DNA of 64,000 nt from an uncultured Alphaproteobacteria bacterium (GTDB lineage: Bacteria; Pseudomonadota; Alphaproteobacteria; Rhizobiales; Beijerinckiaceae), in the NCBI GenBank assembly GCA_963835215.1, contig CAWIES010000004.1:371121-435120 (forward strand). Reading direction: 5' to 3'. Position 1 is the first letter of the stretch. Each line of letters begins with the position of its first letter. Position numbers and translations under genes: made by a program. Of this stretch, positions 1 to 10,790 are shown one piece after another. The notes under the pieces are model-generated. The model ran no database searches, had not been told where the DNA came from, and was given only the letters and a program-made list of their open reading frames with translations.

Positions 1-1782
1 CTACTGATCGTTGGCGTCGGCGCGCTCGGCTATCTGGCGGTGGTGCGTGGCGGACACGCGCTCGACGACGTCGCGCAATTCAAGACGGCCGAGGCGCTCG
101 AGCAGCGGGTCGAAAAGCGCGTCATTGAGGCGCGCATGCACTTCTGGATCGCCATCAAATCCAACGACGAGAAACACTGGGGAAAATCCGGCGAAGGCTT
201 CTCGGTCGCCACCGAGTGGCTCGGCGAGCTGTTGGACAACACCTCCAATCCAGGCCGCGCCGACGAAGTGCGCAAGATGACCGATCTCGTCGCCAAGTAC
301 CGTAAATTGGTCAATGCGCTTCACTACACGATGCAGGCGAGTCCCTTGACCGCCGACCAGATGGCGGGCGGCGAGAAGCAAGCGATCGCGCTCGAAGAGG
401 CGATGACCACGCTGGGCGCTGAATTGACGCAGCAGTTCCACGAGGCGGCCGAGACCCGCTTTGCTGAGGCGACCGATGAGTCGACCCTGGCGCAGCGGGC
501 GATTCTCGGCGTCGGCCTCGTCGGCCTTTTGTTCGGCGCGGTGATGGCGCTCCTCTTCACCCGCAGCATCAGCCGGCCGATCATCGAGTTGACCCGCACG
601 ATGCGCGAACTCGCGACCGGAGACCTGACGGTCGAACCTGCTCACGCCACGGAGCGCACCGAAATCGGCGAGATGGCGCGCGCGGTGCTCGTGTTTCGCG
701 ACGCGGCGGTCGAGAACGCCCGCCTCGAAGCCGAAGCCCAGCGCCAGCGCGAGCTGGCCGCGCAAGCGCAAACCGACAGCCAGCGCGCCCAGCGCGAGGC
801 GATCGACCATGAGCGGGAAATCGTCGCCGATTCGGTCGGCTCCGGTCTGTCGCGCCTGGCGGCCAAGGATCTGCGCTATCGCATGTCTTCGGACATTCCA
901 GAGGCCTATCGCAAGCTGCAGTCCGACTTCAACGCCGCGATCAATCAGCTCGAGACGGCGATGTCGACCGTCGCCCAGCGCGGCGGCGCAATTCGCATTG
1001 GCTCGGGCGAGATCGCCTCGGCGACCGACGATCTGTCGCGCCGCACCGAGCAGCAGGCGGCGAGCCTCGAAGAGGCCGCCGCAACGCTCGGCGAGGCGAC
1101 GGCGATGGTGCGTCGCACCGCCGAAAGCACCGCGCACGCTCGCGGCGTGGCGGAGGGCGCCCAGCGCGACGCGGAGCAGAGCGGCGCGGTCATTCGCCGC
1201 GCGGTCGCCGCGATGGGGGCGATCGAGAAGTCGTCCCAGCAGGTCGGCCAAATCATCGGCGTGATCGACGAGATCGCCTTCCAGACCAATTTGCTGGCGC
1301 TCAACGCTGGCGTCGAGGCGGCCCGCGCCGGCGACGCCGGCCGGGGGTTCGCGGTGGTGGCCTCGGAAGTGCGCGCGCTGGCGCAGCGCTCGGCGGAGGC
1401 GGCTAAGGAAATCAAGGCGCTCATCTCGACTTCGACCGAGCAGGTGAGCCAGGGCGTCGCGCTGGTCGCCGAAACCGGCGGCTCGCTCGAACGGATTGTC
1501 GGCAAGGTGACCGAGATCAACGAGATCGTCTGCCAGATCGCCGAAGGCGCCAAGGAACAGGCGATGGCGATCGAAACGGTCAACGGCGCGATCAGCGATA
1601 TGGATCGGGCGACGCAGCAGAACGCCGCAATGGCTCAGCAATCGACCGCCGCCAGCCACGCGCTGTCGGAAGAGGCGCAAAAGCTCGCGGCGTTGATCGA
1701 GGAATTCGAGATCGCGGCCATCGCAGTTGGGTCGCCGCCGCGCCGCGTCGTCACGGCGCCCTCGCAGCGCAGGGCGGGGTAG
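1..1782 (+). CDS. Methyl-accepting chemotaxis protein (5' end outside window)
   Basis: Frame is open from base 1 ([17 protein letters not shown]1). Second TM, HAMP segment and MCP signalling signature [47 protein letters not shown]. Confidence 0.95.
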   Translation, partial: LLIVGVGALGYLAVVRGGHALDDVAQFKTAEALEQRVEKRVIEARMHFWIAIKSNDEKHWGKSGEGFSVATEWLGELLDNTSNPGRADEVRKMTDLVAKYRKLVNALHYTMQASPLTADQMAGGEKQAIALEEAMTTLGAELTQQFHEAAETRFAEATDESTLAQRAILGVGLVGLLFGAVMALLFTRSISRPIIELTRTMRELATGDLTVEPAHATERTEIGEMARAVLVFRDAAVENARLEAEAQRQRELAAQAQTDSQRAQREAIDHEREIVADSVGSGLSRLAAKDLRYRMSSDIPEAYRKLQSDFNAAINQLETAMSTVAQRGGAIRIGSGEIASATDDLSRRTEQQAASLEEAAATLGEATAMVRRTAESTAHARGVAEGAQRDAEQSGAVIRRAVAAMGAIEKSSQQVGQIIGVIDEIAFQTNLLALNAGVEAARAGDAGRGFAVVASEVRALAQRSAEAAKEIKALISTSTEQVSQGVALVAETGGSLERIVGKVTEINEIVCQIAEGAKEQAMAIETVNGAISDMDRATQQNAAMAQQSTAASHALSEEAQKLAALIEEFEIAAIAVGSPPRRVVTAPSQRRAG

Positions 1783-1801
1783 GGCGAACGCGTCCCGCGT
1801 T

Positions 1802-2569
1802 TCACCCTTCGATTGGCGCCAGACAGACGAGCTTAGCCTCCGGGTGCGAGGCGACGATCAGCGTCGTCTGGTGGAACCGGCGGGCGGGCGAGCGAAAGCG
1901 CCGCTCGCCACCCTCACGGCCAAGCACCCCCTGTTCGCGCCACAGGCGCGCAAAGACTGGCGAAGCTTCGGTCAGTTCGTCGACCAAGGCGGCGAGCGCG
2001 GGATCGCGCAGGCGGCGGCTGAAGTCGGCGCGAAACTCGGCGACGACGCGGCGCGCGCGATCGCTCCAGTCGACGATCAGCTTGGGCGCTAGCGGCGAGC
2101 GGAAGATGAAGCGCAGCAGATTGCGGTCATGCTTGCCGTCGAGCCAGCCGACGAACAGCGCCGCCGCGGCTTTGTTCCAGGCGCGCGCCGTCCACTGGCC
2201 GTCGAGCAGATAGGCGGGGATCGTCATCGCGCCGGGCAGGGCGAGGATTTCGGCCGCCAGCGCGTCTTCGGCGAGCGCGGGGGCGGAGGGATCGCGCTTG
2301 TCCGCCAGTTCGAAGAGATAGGCGCGCTCGGCCGGCGCGAGCTTTAGCGCCTCGGCGAGGCGCGCCAGCAGGCGCGGCGAAGCGGAAACCTCGCGGCCCT
2401 GTTCGAGCCAGGCGATCCAGGTCAGGCTGGCGCCGCAAGCCTCCGCGACCTCTTCGCGGCGAAGACCCGGCGTGCGGCGCCGACCGCTCGCGCCGGGTGG
2501 CGGCGCAAGGCGTTCGCGATGGGCGCGCAGGAAAGCGCCGAGGGCGCGGCGGGCGGCGGGCGTAGGCAT
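1802..2569 (-). CDS. XRE/MmyB-family HTH transcriptional regulator
   Basis: LGAFLRAHRERL...RRRTPGLRREEVA...WLEQGR and the MmyB-like C-terminal AWNKAA...NLLRFIF. ATG at 2569 chosen. Confidence 0.9.
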   Translation of the reverse strand: MPTPAARRALGAFLRAHRERLAPPPGASGRRRTPGLRREEVAEACGASLTWIAWLEQGREVSASPRLLARLAEALKLAPAERAYLFELADKRDPSAPALAEDALAAEILALPGAMTIPAYLLDGQWTARAWNKAAAALFVGWLDGKHDRNLLRFIFRSPLAPKLIVDWSDRARRVVAEFRADFSRRLRDPALAALVDELTEASPVFARLWREQGVLGREGGERRFRSPARRFHQTTLIVASHPEAKLVCLAPIEG

Positions 2570-2667
2570 GGCGTCTCTTATACCAGGATATTGTTCACTC
2601 TTGTAATAGGGTAAGGGCTTCGCCATCCTGAGTTGCGTTCGCTCACTATCAATGGAGCCAGCCTTCG

Positions 2668-3462
2668 ATGTCGCCGCGATCCCAGGAAAAGTCCGCGCAA
2701 GAGCGGCCGGTCCATGAGGCGCTGGTCGCCGATCAGTTCGATCCGCGCGCCGAGGCCTACCTCAAGAGCGCGGTCCACTCGCGCGGCGCCGACCTCGAAG
2801 ACTTCGCCCGCCTGATCGGCAAGCGCCCGAGCGCGCGGGCGCTCGATCTGGGCTGCGGGGGCGGCCATGTCGCCTTTCTGCTGGCCGGGCAGGTCGGCGA
2901 AGTCGCCGCGGTCGATCTCTCCGCGACGATGACGGCGACCGTTTCAGCCGAAGCGAAGCGGCGCGGTCTCGCCAACCTCGACGTGCGCCAGGCCCCGGTC
3001 GAGGCGCTGCCGTGGGGCGACGCCACGTTCGACATCGTGGCGAGCCGCTACAGCGCCCATCATTGGCGCGAAGTTCCCTTGGGCCTCGCGGAGGCGCGGC
3101 GCGTGCTGAAGCCCGGCGGCCTTGCCGTATTCATGGACGTCTTCGCGCCCGCCGACCCGCTGCTCGACACCTGGCTGCAGGGCTTGGAGTTGCTGCGCGA
3201 TCCCTCGCATCTGCGCGATTATTCGCTGGCCGAGTGGAGCGCGATGCTGGTCGCCGCCGGCTTCAAGTCGCCCGAGGCGTCGACCTATCGCCTGCACCTC
3301 GATTTTGCCCAATGGATCGCGCGGATGGACACGCCGGCGCCATTGGTCACGGCGATCCGCGCTTTGCAGGGGAAGGCCGCCAGCGATGTTGGGCGCCATT
3401 TCGCCATCGAGGCCGACGGCAGCTTCACCGTCGACACGATGCTGATGAGCGCGGCAGGCTGA
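2668..3462 (+). CDS. Class I SAM-dependent methyltransferase
   Basis: LDLGCGGGH motif I; SRYSAHHW; RVLKPGG. Confidence 0.9.
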   Translation: MSPRSQEKSAQERPVHEALVADQFDPRAEAYLKSAVHSRGADLEDFARLIGKRPSARALDLGCGGGHVAFLLAGQVGEVAAVDLSATMTATVSAEAKRRGLANLDVRQAPVEALPWGDATFDIVASRYSAHHWREVPLGLAEARRVLKPGGLAVFMDVFAPADPLLDTWLQGLELLRDPSHLRDYSLAEWSAMLVAAGFKSPEASTYRLHLDFAQWIARMDTPAPLVTAIRALQGKAASDVGRHFAIEADGSFTVDTMLMSAAG

Positions 3463-3472
3463 GCCGGCAGTC

Positions 3473-4843
3473 TTAGGCGGCGTCGGCGGCGACGCGGTTG
3501 CGCCCTTCGGCCTTCGCGCGATAGAGGGCGCGGTCGGCGCGGCGATAGAGCGCGCTGGCGTCGTCGTCGAGCGCCCGCTCGGCGACGCCGATCGACACGG
3601 TGACCGGAATCGCCTGCGCCGTGGAGTCGATCACGAACGGCTCTTCCTTGATCGCCAGACGGGCCCGCTCGGCGATGCGCGTGGCGGCGGCGACGTCGAC
3701 GCCAGGCATGACGATGACGAATTCCTCGCCCCCGAGCCGGCACAGAAGATCGCCGCCGCGGATGATGCCGCGCAGGCGATCGGCGAAGGTCTTGAGAACC
3801 TCGTCGCCGCAATGGTGGCCGTAGCTGTCGTTGACCTGCTTGAAATGGTCGATGTCGAGAATCATCAAGGTGAGCGGCGTGCGACGCACCCGCGCATTGT
3901 CGAGCATCGTCGTGAGATGATTCTCCAGGAAACGGCGATTGTTGAGGCCGGTTAGCGGATCGAACAGCGCAAGCTCGATCGACTGCTGCACTTTCTCGCG
4001 CAACGAATCGGCGTAGCGTTTCTGCCGCAACTGCGTGCGCACGCGCGCCAGCAGCTCGTTGCGATCGACCGGGCGGGTCAGATAGTCGTTGACCCCGAGT
4101 TCCAGGCCGCGCAGCACACGCGGACGGTCTTCGAGATCGGCGATGGCGAGGATCGGCAGGTTGCGGGTGCGCTCGAGCGAGCGGATCTGGCTGCAGAGGC
4201 GCAGTCCGTCGTAGCCGGCGAGGCCGAGGCTGATCACGATCAGATCGATGTTGTCTTCAGCCGCCTTGAACAGCGCCTCGTGTGCGTCAAGCTCGATGTG
4301 GACGGTGTGATGGGACGAGAGCGCCTGCGCCAGACGTTCGGCGGAGCTCGCGCGGTCGTCGACGATCAGAATGCGCCCGCGCCGCCCGTCGTCGGCGCTC
4401 GGCGAGGCGAACGGCGGGATCATGCCCAGCGCGACGGTGGTGTTGGCGCGATTGCGCAGCTCATCGACCACCACTTTGAGACGGGTAAGCGAACGAACGC
4501 GCGCGGTCAGCGCCATCTCGTCGATCGGCTTGGTGAGAAAGTCGTCGGCGCCGGCTTCGAGACCGCGCACCCGGTCAGCGGGCTGATCGAGCGAGGTGAC
4601 GAGCACGATCGGCAGATGGGCGGTGGCGATCTGCCCCTTCAGCCGGCGGCAGACCTCGAAGCCGTCCATGCCCGGCATCATCACGTCGAGCAGCACGATG
4701 TCGCATTTGCCGCTCTCGCAGAGAGCAATCGCCTCGGCGCCGCTGGTTGCGGTCAGCACTTCGAAATACTCGGCCGTCAGGCGCGCCTCAAGCAGCTTCA
4801 GATTGGGCAAGATGTCGTCGACGACGAGAACGCGGGCGGTCAT
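3473..4843 (-). CDS. pleD: PleD response regulator / diguanylate cyclase
   Basis: Two receiver domains plus GGDEF domain (RLGGEEF); directly downstream of divK. Confidence 0.97.
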   Translation of the reverse strand: MTARVLVVDDILPNLKLLEARLTAEYFEVLTATSGAEAIALCESGKCDIVLLDVMMPGMDGFEVCRRLKGQIATAHLPIVLVTSLDQPADRVRGLEAGADDFLTKPIDEMALTARVRSLTRLKVVVDELRNRANTTVALGMIPPFASPSADDGRRGRILIVDDRASSAERLAQALSSHHTVHIELDAHEALFKAAEDNIDLIVISLGLAGYDGLRLCSQIRSLERTRNLPILAIADLEDRPRVLRGLELGVNDYLTRPVDRNELLARVRTQLRQKRYADSLREKVQQSIELALFDPLTGLNNRRFLENHLTTMLDNARVRRTPLTLMILDIDHFKQVNDSYGHHCGDEVLKTFADRLRGIIRGGDLLCRLGGEEFVIVMPGVDVAAATRIAERARLAIKEEPFVIDSTAQAIPVTVSIGVAERALDDDASALYRRADRALYRAKAEGRNRVAADAA

Positions 4844-4847
4844 CGGC

Positions 4848-5219
4848 TCACTTGGCTCCGAGGAATTGGTCGATCGTGTCGAAGAACTTGGCGACCGAGA
4901 TCGGCTTCGACAGATAGGCTTCGCATCCGCCTTGGCGGATCTTCTCCTCGTCGCCCTTCATCGCGAAGGCGGTGACCGCGATCACCGGAATCGAGCGCAG
5001 CTCTTCGTCGTCCTTCAGCCATTGCGTGACTTCGAGGCCGGAGACTTCGGGAAGCTGGATGTCCATCAGGATCAGGTCGGGGCGGTGGCGGCGGGCGAGT
5101 TCGACCGCCTCGACGCCGCTGCGCGTTTGCACGATCTTGCAGCCCCGCGTTTCGACGAGGTCGTTGAAGAGCTTCATGTTGAGCTCGTTGTCCTCTACGA
5201 TCAGCACAGTCTTGACCAT
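4848..5219 (-). CDS. divK: Single-domain response regulator DivK
   Basis: [19 protein letters not shown]...[14 protein letters not shown]...[15 protein letters not shown]; divK-pleD order. Confidence 0.96.
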   Translation of the reverse strand: MVKTVLIVEDNELNMKLFNDLVETRGCKIVQTRSGVEAVELARRHRPDLILMDIQLPEVSGLEVTQWLKDDEELRSIPVIAVTAFAMKGDEEKIRQGGCEAYLSKPISVAKFFDTIDQFLGAK

Positions 5220-5317
5220 GACGAGTGTCCGCGAGCGGCAAAGCGGCGGCTCGAATTTCACATTGGGGCTCGGCGAGTATATTAGGCGGCAGACCTTGAC
5301 GAAAGGAAAACCGGATC

Positions 5318-5623
5318 GTGCGCCAGAGGGTTAACGGCGAGCTTTCCACAGCCAAGGCGCGCGGCGAAGCGCTGGCGATCGAGGCGCTCGGCTTCCTTGC
5401 CGACGATCCCGAGCGCCTCTCGCGTTTCCTGGCCCTGTCGGGCCTCGGGCCGGGCAATTTGCGTCAGGCGGCGGCCGAACCGACCTTTCTGCTCGCCGTG
5501 CTCGACCATCTGGCCGCCGACGAGCGGCTGCTGGTCGCCTTCGCCGGGGCGCAGAGAATCGACCCCGCCGCGATTGTCGCCGCCCGCGACGCGCTCGCCG
5601 GTCGGCCGGCGGAATTCTCGTAA
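5318..5623 (+). CDS. DUF3572-family protein
   Basis: [21 protein letters not shown]...[13 protein letters not shown]; usual position between divK and dinB. Confidence 0.8.
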   Translation: MRQRVNGELSTAKARGEALAIEALGFLADDPERLSRFLALSGLGPGNLRQAAAEPTFLLAVLDHLAADERLLVAFAGAQRIDPAAIVAARDALAGRPAEFS

Positions 5624-6927
5624 GTGAAGCCCTCTCAGGCAAGCGGCGCGCCGGCGCGCTTCTGCCGCGACTGCCTCGAGGCATGCGATGAGGCGGGGAC
5701 ACGTTGCGCGCGCTGCGGCTCGCCGCGCCTGATCGCCGACGCCGGCCCAGAACTGACGATCGCCCATGTCGATTGCGACGCGTTCTATGCGGCGGTCGAA
5801 AAGCGCGACCGGCCCGAACTTGCCGATCAGCCGCTGATCGTTGGCGGCGGGGGACGGCGCGGCGTCGTCTCGACCTGCTGCTATCTCGCGCGCACTTATG
5901 GCGTGCGCTCGGCGATGCCGACCGGTCAGGCGCTGAAGCTGTGCCCGGCGGCGATCGTCCTGCCGCCCGACATGGCCAAATATGCCCGCGTCAGCCGCGC
6001 GATCCGCGAACGCATGGGTCGCCTGACGCCCTTGGTCGAGCCGCTGTCGATCGACGAGGCCTTCCTCGATCTGACCGGCTGCGAAGGCGCCAACGGCGCG
6101 CGGCGCGGCGCTGACGCTCGCGCGCTTTGCCCGCGAGGTCGAACGCGAGCTTGGCGTCACCGTCTCGATCGGCCTCAGTTACTGCAAGTTTCTCGCGAAG
6201 CTTGCCTCCGATCTCGACAAGCCGCGCGGCTTCTCGATCATCACACGCGCGGGCGCGCGCGCGCAGCTGGCGCCGATGAGCGTCGGGCGATTGTGGGGCG
6301 TCGGCAAGGTCGCCGAGGCGCGGCTCGTGACGGCTCGGCATGCGCACCATTGGCGATCTGCAAAAGCTCGACGAGCAGGGCGCCGTGGCGAAGCTCGGCG
6401 AGGAGGGCCGCCGCCTTTGGCGCCTGGCGAATGGCGTCGACAATCGGCGCGTGTCGCCCGAGCGCGAGACCAAAAGCATTTCGAGCGAGACGACATTCGA
6501 GACCGACGTCGCCGATCTTGCCGAACTGACGCGCGTGGTGCTCGTCCAGTGCGAGCGGGTGGCGGCGCGGCTTGGCAAGGCGGGGCTCTCGGCGCGGGCG
6601 CTGACGCTCAAGCTGCGCACGCCCGACTTTCGCCTGCACACGCGCTCGCGCTCAGGCTTCGATGCGACGCAGATGGCGCTGCGCCTTTTCGCCACCGCGC
6701 GCGCCTTGTTGGAGGCGGAGCCAGCGGGGCAGGCCTATCGCCTGATTGGCGTTGGAGCGGGCGATCTTGCGCCGGCGGGCGAAGCGGACGCCGCCAATCT
6801 CATCGAGGGCGACCGCAGTCGCGAGAAGGCGCGCGAAGCGGCGATCACAACTTTACGCGATCGCTTCGGCGCGGCCGCCGTCCAGCGCGGCCTCGCGTAT
6901 CGGCCGGGCGGCACGCGAGCGCGGTAG
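5624..6927 (+). CDS. dinB: DNA polymerase IV (at least 2 apparent frameshifts, probably sequence errors)
   Basis: N-terminal CRDC/CARC Zn motif, [26 protein letters not shown] and KSISSETTF, spread over ORFs 5624-6529, 6276-7007 and 6340-6927. Confidence 0.92.
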
Positions 6928-6934
6928 GGCTGCG

Positions 6935-7766
6935 TTACTTCGCGCAAACCGGCGTCGGCATCAGGTCTAGCCGCTTGAGCTTGGCGGAGAGCGCGAACGT
7001 GCCGTAGTCGAGCTTCAGCGTGCCCGAGACGCCGTTTTCGTAGAGATCGAAGCTGAGAATGTATTCGGGCGGCGCCTCGCGGTCGTTCTCGTCGAAATAG
7101 GAGACGGTGACCGGCCAGCGGCGGATATTGCCGAGCGTGCTGGCGAAGTCGGCGTCGGGGGTCGGCGTCGTCGCCTCCTTGCCGATGACGGTCAAGGTCT
7201 GGAACACCTTCTTGCCGGTGTCGGAGCCGTCATAGACGCGCGCCTCCATCGGCCCGCCGCCCTCTTTGGCGCGCGCGATGATGCGCTCGATGTGTTCGGT
7301 CGGAAACAGGATGTCCTTGCCGATGTCCATCGTCGAGGCCGCCGGCTTGCTCAGCGCAACCGTGGTGTCGCCGCTGTCGGCGCGGCTCGCCGAGCCGGCG
7401 ATCGGCGCCGCGTCGCCACCCTCCAGCGTCGAGTTCGATCTGGAAGCGCATCCGCTTGGCCTCGCCATCCTCGAAGGTGACGGCGTGAATGTCCGAAGAG
7501 ACCGGATCGCCTTCGCTACGCTGCAACTGCGTGAACTGGCGGAAGTTCGAATCGTAGCCCTCGCAGCGCGAGCCCGAGAATTCATAGGCAATCAGGCCGC
7601 TCGCCGAGACCGGCGCCTGCGAGCCCCCGTGCGGCGCGCCATAGTCGTCGATCATCGTGATCTCGTAGGCGGCCCGGTGCGGCGCGAGCGGCATCACGAC
7701 ATCGGCGCGCGCGGCGACCACGCTCGCCGCTAGAGCTGCCGCCGAGACGAGGATGCGACCCATCAT
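6935..7766 (-). CDS. eipB: Cell envelope integrity protein EipB (DUF1849), frameshift near 7430
   Basis: Signal peptide, [50 protein letters not shown], terminal Cys. Confidence 0.85.
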
Positions 7767-7856
7767 GAGAGACTCTCCGGCCGGCCCGAGATCATTTCAT
7801 GAGCGCCGACGTCTCGTTGTCACCAAGCTTTCCGGCGGATTCGTGGCCAAGACAGC

Positions 7857-8549
7857 TCACGGCTCGTCGGCTTCGCCGATCGGTCCCCAGACCTGTTCGA
7901 GCGCACGTCGGCGCTTCGAGCGGCTCTTCGTCGGGGCGCAGGCTCGCGTCATCGTCCGGCTGGGGCACGCCGAAGCCCGGCGGCAGTTTGCCGTCGAACA
8001 GGCCCGCGCCTTGCAATTCGTCGAGGCCGGGCAGGTCGCCGATCGCATCGAGGCCGAAATGGACTGAGGAATTCCAGGCTCGTGCCATAGGTGATCGGCC
8101 GGCCCGGCGATTTGCGGCGCCCGCGCATGCGCACCCAGCCCGCCTCCATCAGCACGTCGAGCGCGCCTTTGGAGACGGCGACGCCGCGGATTTCCTCGAT
8201 GTCGGCGCGCGTCACCGGCTGGTGATAGGCGATGATCGCCAGCGTCTCGATCGCCGCGCGCGACAGTTTGCGCTTGTCCTGCGTCTTCGCGCGCCAGCAG
8301 CCAGGCAAGATCGGGCGCGGTGCGAAACGTCCAGCGCCCCGCGACGCGCACCAGGTTGACGCCGCGCTCGCTATAGACGCGCTGCAATTCGGCCATCACC
8401 GCGGCGACGTCGGCGCCTTCCGGCAGGCGTGCGGCGATCGTCGCCTCATCGAGCGGCTCGGCGGCGGCGAACACCAGCGCCTCGGCGATGCGCAGGTCCT
8501 CCGGGGCGAAACGCGGCGGCGCGTCGGTCGTCAAACAATTTGGCGACAT
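7857..8549 (-). CDS. scpB: SMC-Scp complex subunit ScpB (several apparent indels)
   Basis: EALVFAAAEPL, RKLSRAAIETLAIIAYHQPVTRADIEEIRGV, GRPITYGT and HFGLDAIGDLPGLDEL across three frames. Confidence 0.9.
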   Translation of the reverse strand: MSPNCLTTDAPPRFAPEDLRIAEALVFAAAEPLDEATIAARLPEGADVAAVMAELQRVYSERGVNLVRVAGRWTFRTAPDLAWLLAREDAGQAQTVARGDRDAGDHRLSPAGDARRHRGNPRRRRLQRRARRADGGGLGAHARAPQIAGPADHLWHEPGIPQSISASMRSATCPASTNCKARACSTANCRRASACPSRTMTRACAPTKSRSKRRRALEQVWGPIGEADEP

Positions 8550-8555
8550 TTCCCA

Positions 8556-9376
8556 TCATTGGCGTCTCAGCTCGATTGCGCTTGCGGCGTCGGCGAGCCG
8601 GGCGCGCGCCACAGATCGGCGCGAAGGCCGCGTCTTGCCGGAGTTCGATCTTTCCTTCGCGCACCAGTTCGAGCGAGGCGGAAAAGGACGATGCGCGCGC
8701 CGTGCGGCGCAACTTCGGATCGACGCAATAGTCGATCAGCCAGAATCGAGATCGGTCCAGTCCGACGTCCCGCCGAGCAGCCGCGTCAGCGCTTCGCGCG
8801 CCTCCGCCAGCGACCAGACCGCGCGCGGCTGCATGCGCACCCGGGCGCGCGCGTGCTTCTGGCTCTGGCGCGCGTAGGCCGACAGGAGATCATAGAGCGT
8901 CGCCTCGAACACCGGCGTGCTGGCGACTTGCGACCGCCTCGGGCTCGCCGCGGGCAAAAATGTCACGCCCGAGGCGCGGCCGGTTGATCAGCGCAGCGCC
9001 GGCGCGCCGGATCTGCCTCCAGCCGGCGCAGGCGCTGCGCGAGCGCGTCGGCAAGCTCCGCCGCGTCCCCGCTCTTCCGGCCTTCGGCGGCGCGGGCAGC
9101 AGCAGGCGCGATTTCAGATAGGCGAGCCAGGCGGCCATCACCAGATAATCGGCGGCGAGCTTCCAGCCGCAGCTTACGGGCCGCCTCGACGAAGGCGAGA
9201 TATTGCTCGGCGAGCGCAAGGACGGAAATGCGCGCCAGATCGACCTTCTGGCGGCGCGCGAGCTCAAGCAGCAGGTCGAGCGGCCCCTCGAACCCGTCGA
9301 GATCGACGGTGAAGGCAGGCTCGCCCTCGGCGCGCTCGACTTGGAAATCGTCTGCAAATGCGCCGACGCCGGCCAC
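8556..9376 (-). CDS. scpA: Segregation/condensation protein ScpA (several apparent indels; ends approximate)
   Basis: FEGPLDLLLELARRQKVDL, LAADYLVMAAWLAYLKSRLLLP, ASSFSASLELVREG. Confidence 0.9.
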
Positions 9377-9554
9377 GAATCACCTCAACACGGCAGCAAG
9401 CGACATTGGCCCGCGCCGGAGGGGATCGCAAGGTTGAGGCGCCACTGCGTCCACAGGGCGCGTCCTCCCCAGTTAAGCTTAAGAGGCCGAGTTTAACCAA
9501 GGTTATTTAGGTAAATAATTGGTTTATCAGGCGGAAAGCATCCGAACGATTGAT

Positions 9555-9722
9555 TTTGGGGGGCGTCGGCGTACCGTCATTGGCGCAGGGCATGGTCGCC
9601 CAAAAGAGATACCCCGCGGGGTGCTCGGGTCCGCCGCATCTCCCGGGTCCGTGGGGTCGGCCGGCTCGGAAGCAGCAAGGAGTGGCCTCCTCAATCGCTG
9701 CTTCCGGCCGGCCTCCTTATTT
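9555..9722 (+). ncRNA. Candidate structured intergenic sRNA (boundaries approximate)
   Basis: Gap between scpA and lexA has no convincing CDS. 3' hairpin GGCCGG..GGAAGCAGC / GCTGCTTCC..CCGGCC with a CCTCCTC loop, followed by TTATTTT. Confidence 0.45.
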
Positions 9723-9744
9723 TCCCAACAGCATCTTTCGTCGC

Positions 9745-9835
9745 CCGTCATTGCGAGCGGAGCGAAGCAATCCAGAAGGTGAAAGGGTGGCGCTCTCTAG
9801 CCCCTGGATCGCTTCGCTACGGCTCGCGATGACGG
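9745..9835. repeat. CGTC-type REP-like inverted repeat pair (family B)
   Basis: CCGTCATTGCGAGCGGAGCGAAGCAATCCAG ... CTGGATCGCTTCGCTACGGCTCGCGATGACGG. A degenerate right arm recurs near 52413-52444. Confidence 0.8.
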
Positions 9836-9912
9836 CCGCCCGCCCGCGGCCCAAAAGTGGCGCGGGCCTCCGCGCCCGCGCGGCCACGGAGGGCCGCGCC
9901 ACTCCCCGTCGT

Positions 9913-10612
9913 TCAGTAGCGGCGCAGCAGACTGATCATGCGGCCCTGGATGCGCACCCGGTCGGGGCCGAAGATGCGGGTCTCGTAGGCGGGATTGGCG
10001 GCCTCCAGCGCGACCGAAGCGCCGCGTTTGCGCAGGCGCTTGAGCGTCGCCTCTTCCTCGTCGATCAGCGCCACGACGATGTCGCCGGTCTCGGCGGTGT
10101 CCTGCTTGCGAATGATGATCGTGTCGTTCTCGAAGATGCCGGCGTCGACCATCGAGTCGCCGCGCACTTCGAGCGCGAAATGCTCGCCCGGCCCGAGAAA
10201 ATCCGGCGGCATCGCGATCGTGTCGGTGCGGGTCTGGATCGCTTCGATCGGCGTGCCCGCCGCGATGCGGCCCATCATCGGGATCATCGCGATCGGCGGC
10301 AGCGCCTCGGCGCCGGCTGCGCGGCCTGACCCGGCCGAGATTGCCGGCAATGACGCTCGGCGAGAATTTCTGCGCGCGCGGCGCGCCAACCGTCGCCGAT
10401 TCGGGCAGGCGCAGCACCTCGATGGCGCGGGCGCGATTGGCGAGGCGGCGAATGAAGCCGCGCTCCTCCAGCGCCATGATCAGACGATGGATGCCCGACT
10501 TCGAGCGCAGATCGAGCGCGTCCTTCATTTCGTCGAAAGAGGGCGGAACCCCGTCGTTCTGCAGGCGCTCGTGAATGAAGCGCAGCAGCTCGCTTTGCTT
10601 TCGTGTCAGCAT
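9913..10612 (-). CDS. lexA: SOS repressor LexA (apparent frameshift near 10320)
   Basis: [10 protein letters not shown]...[23 protein letters not shown]; cleavage site GRIAAG; VRGDSM; EATLKR. Confidence 0.96.
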
Positions 10613-10685
10613 ATCAGGCTCCCAACCGCCCAGCGCGAATCAACGGCTCGCTCACGGGCGAAGCGGAGAATCGCGGGCTAGGCGT

Positions 10686-10727
10686 AAACAAATCACGAAC
10701 AGATGCGTATCTGTTCGCGCTGTGTTC
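10686..10727. promoter_or_regulatory. Tandem alphaproteobacterial LexA (SOS) boxes
   Basis: GTTC-gcgctgt-GTTC at 10713-10727 and AAAC-aaatcac-GAAC at 10686-10700, upstream of lexA. The inner halves also form the palindrome GAACAGAT-N4-ATCTGTTC. Confidence 0.85.
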
Positions 10728-10790
10728 CGCAAGGGGGAGGCCGAACATATCCCCTTGCGACATGTACGGGGAATCGTGCTACAAAAAGGC

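Noticed and set aside
5220-5340. SOS box or full CtrA box upstream of divK / DUF3572-dinB
   Set aside because: Only an isolated GTTAAC half-site; no GTTC-N7-GTTC or TTAA-N7-TTAA match seen.
9797-10612. Programmed frameshift or truncated non-cleavable LexA
   Set aside because: No slippery sequence at the junction, and neighbouring genes have the same kind of indel, so a sequence error is more likely.
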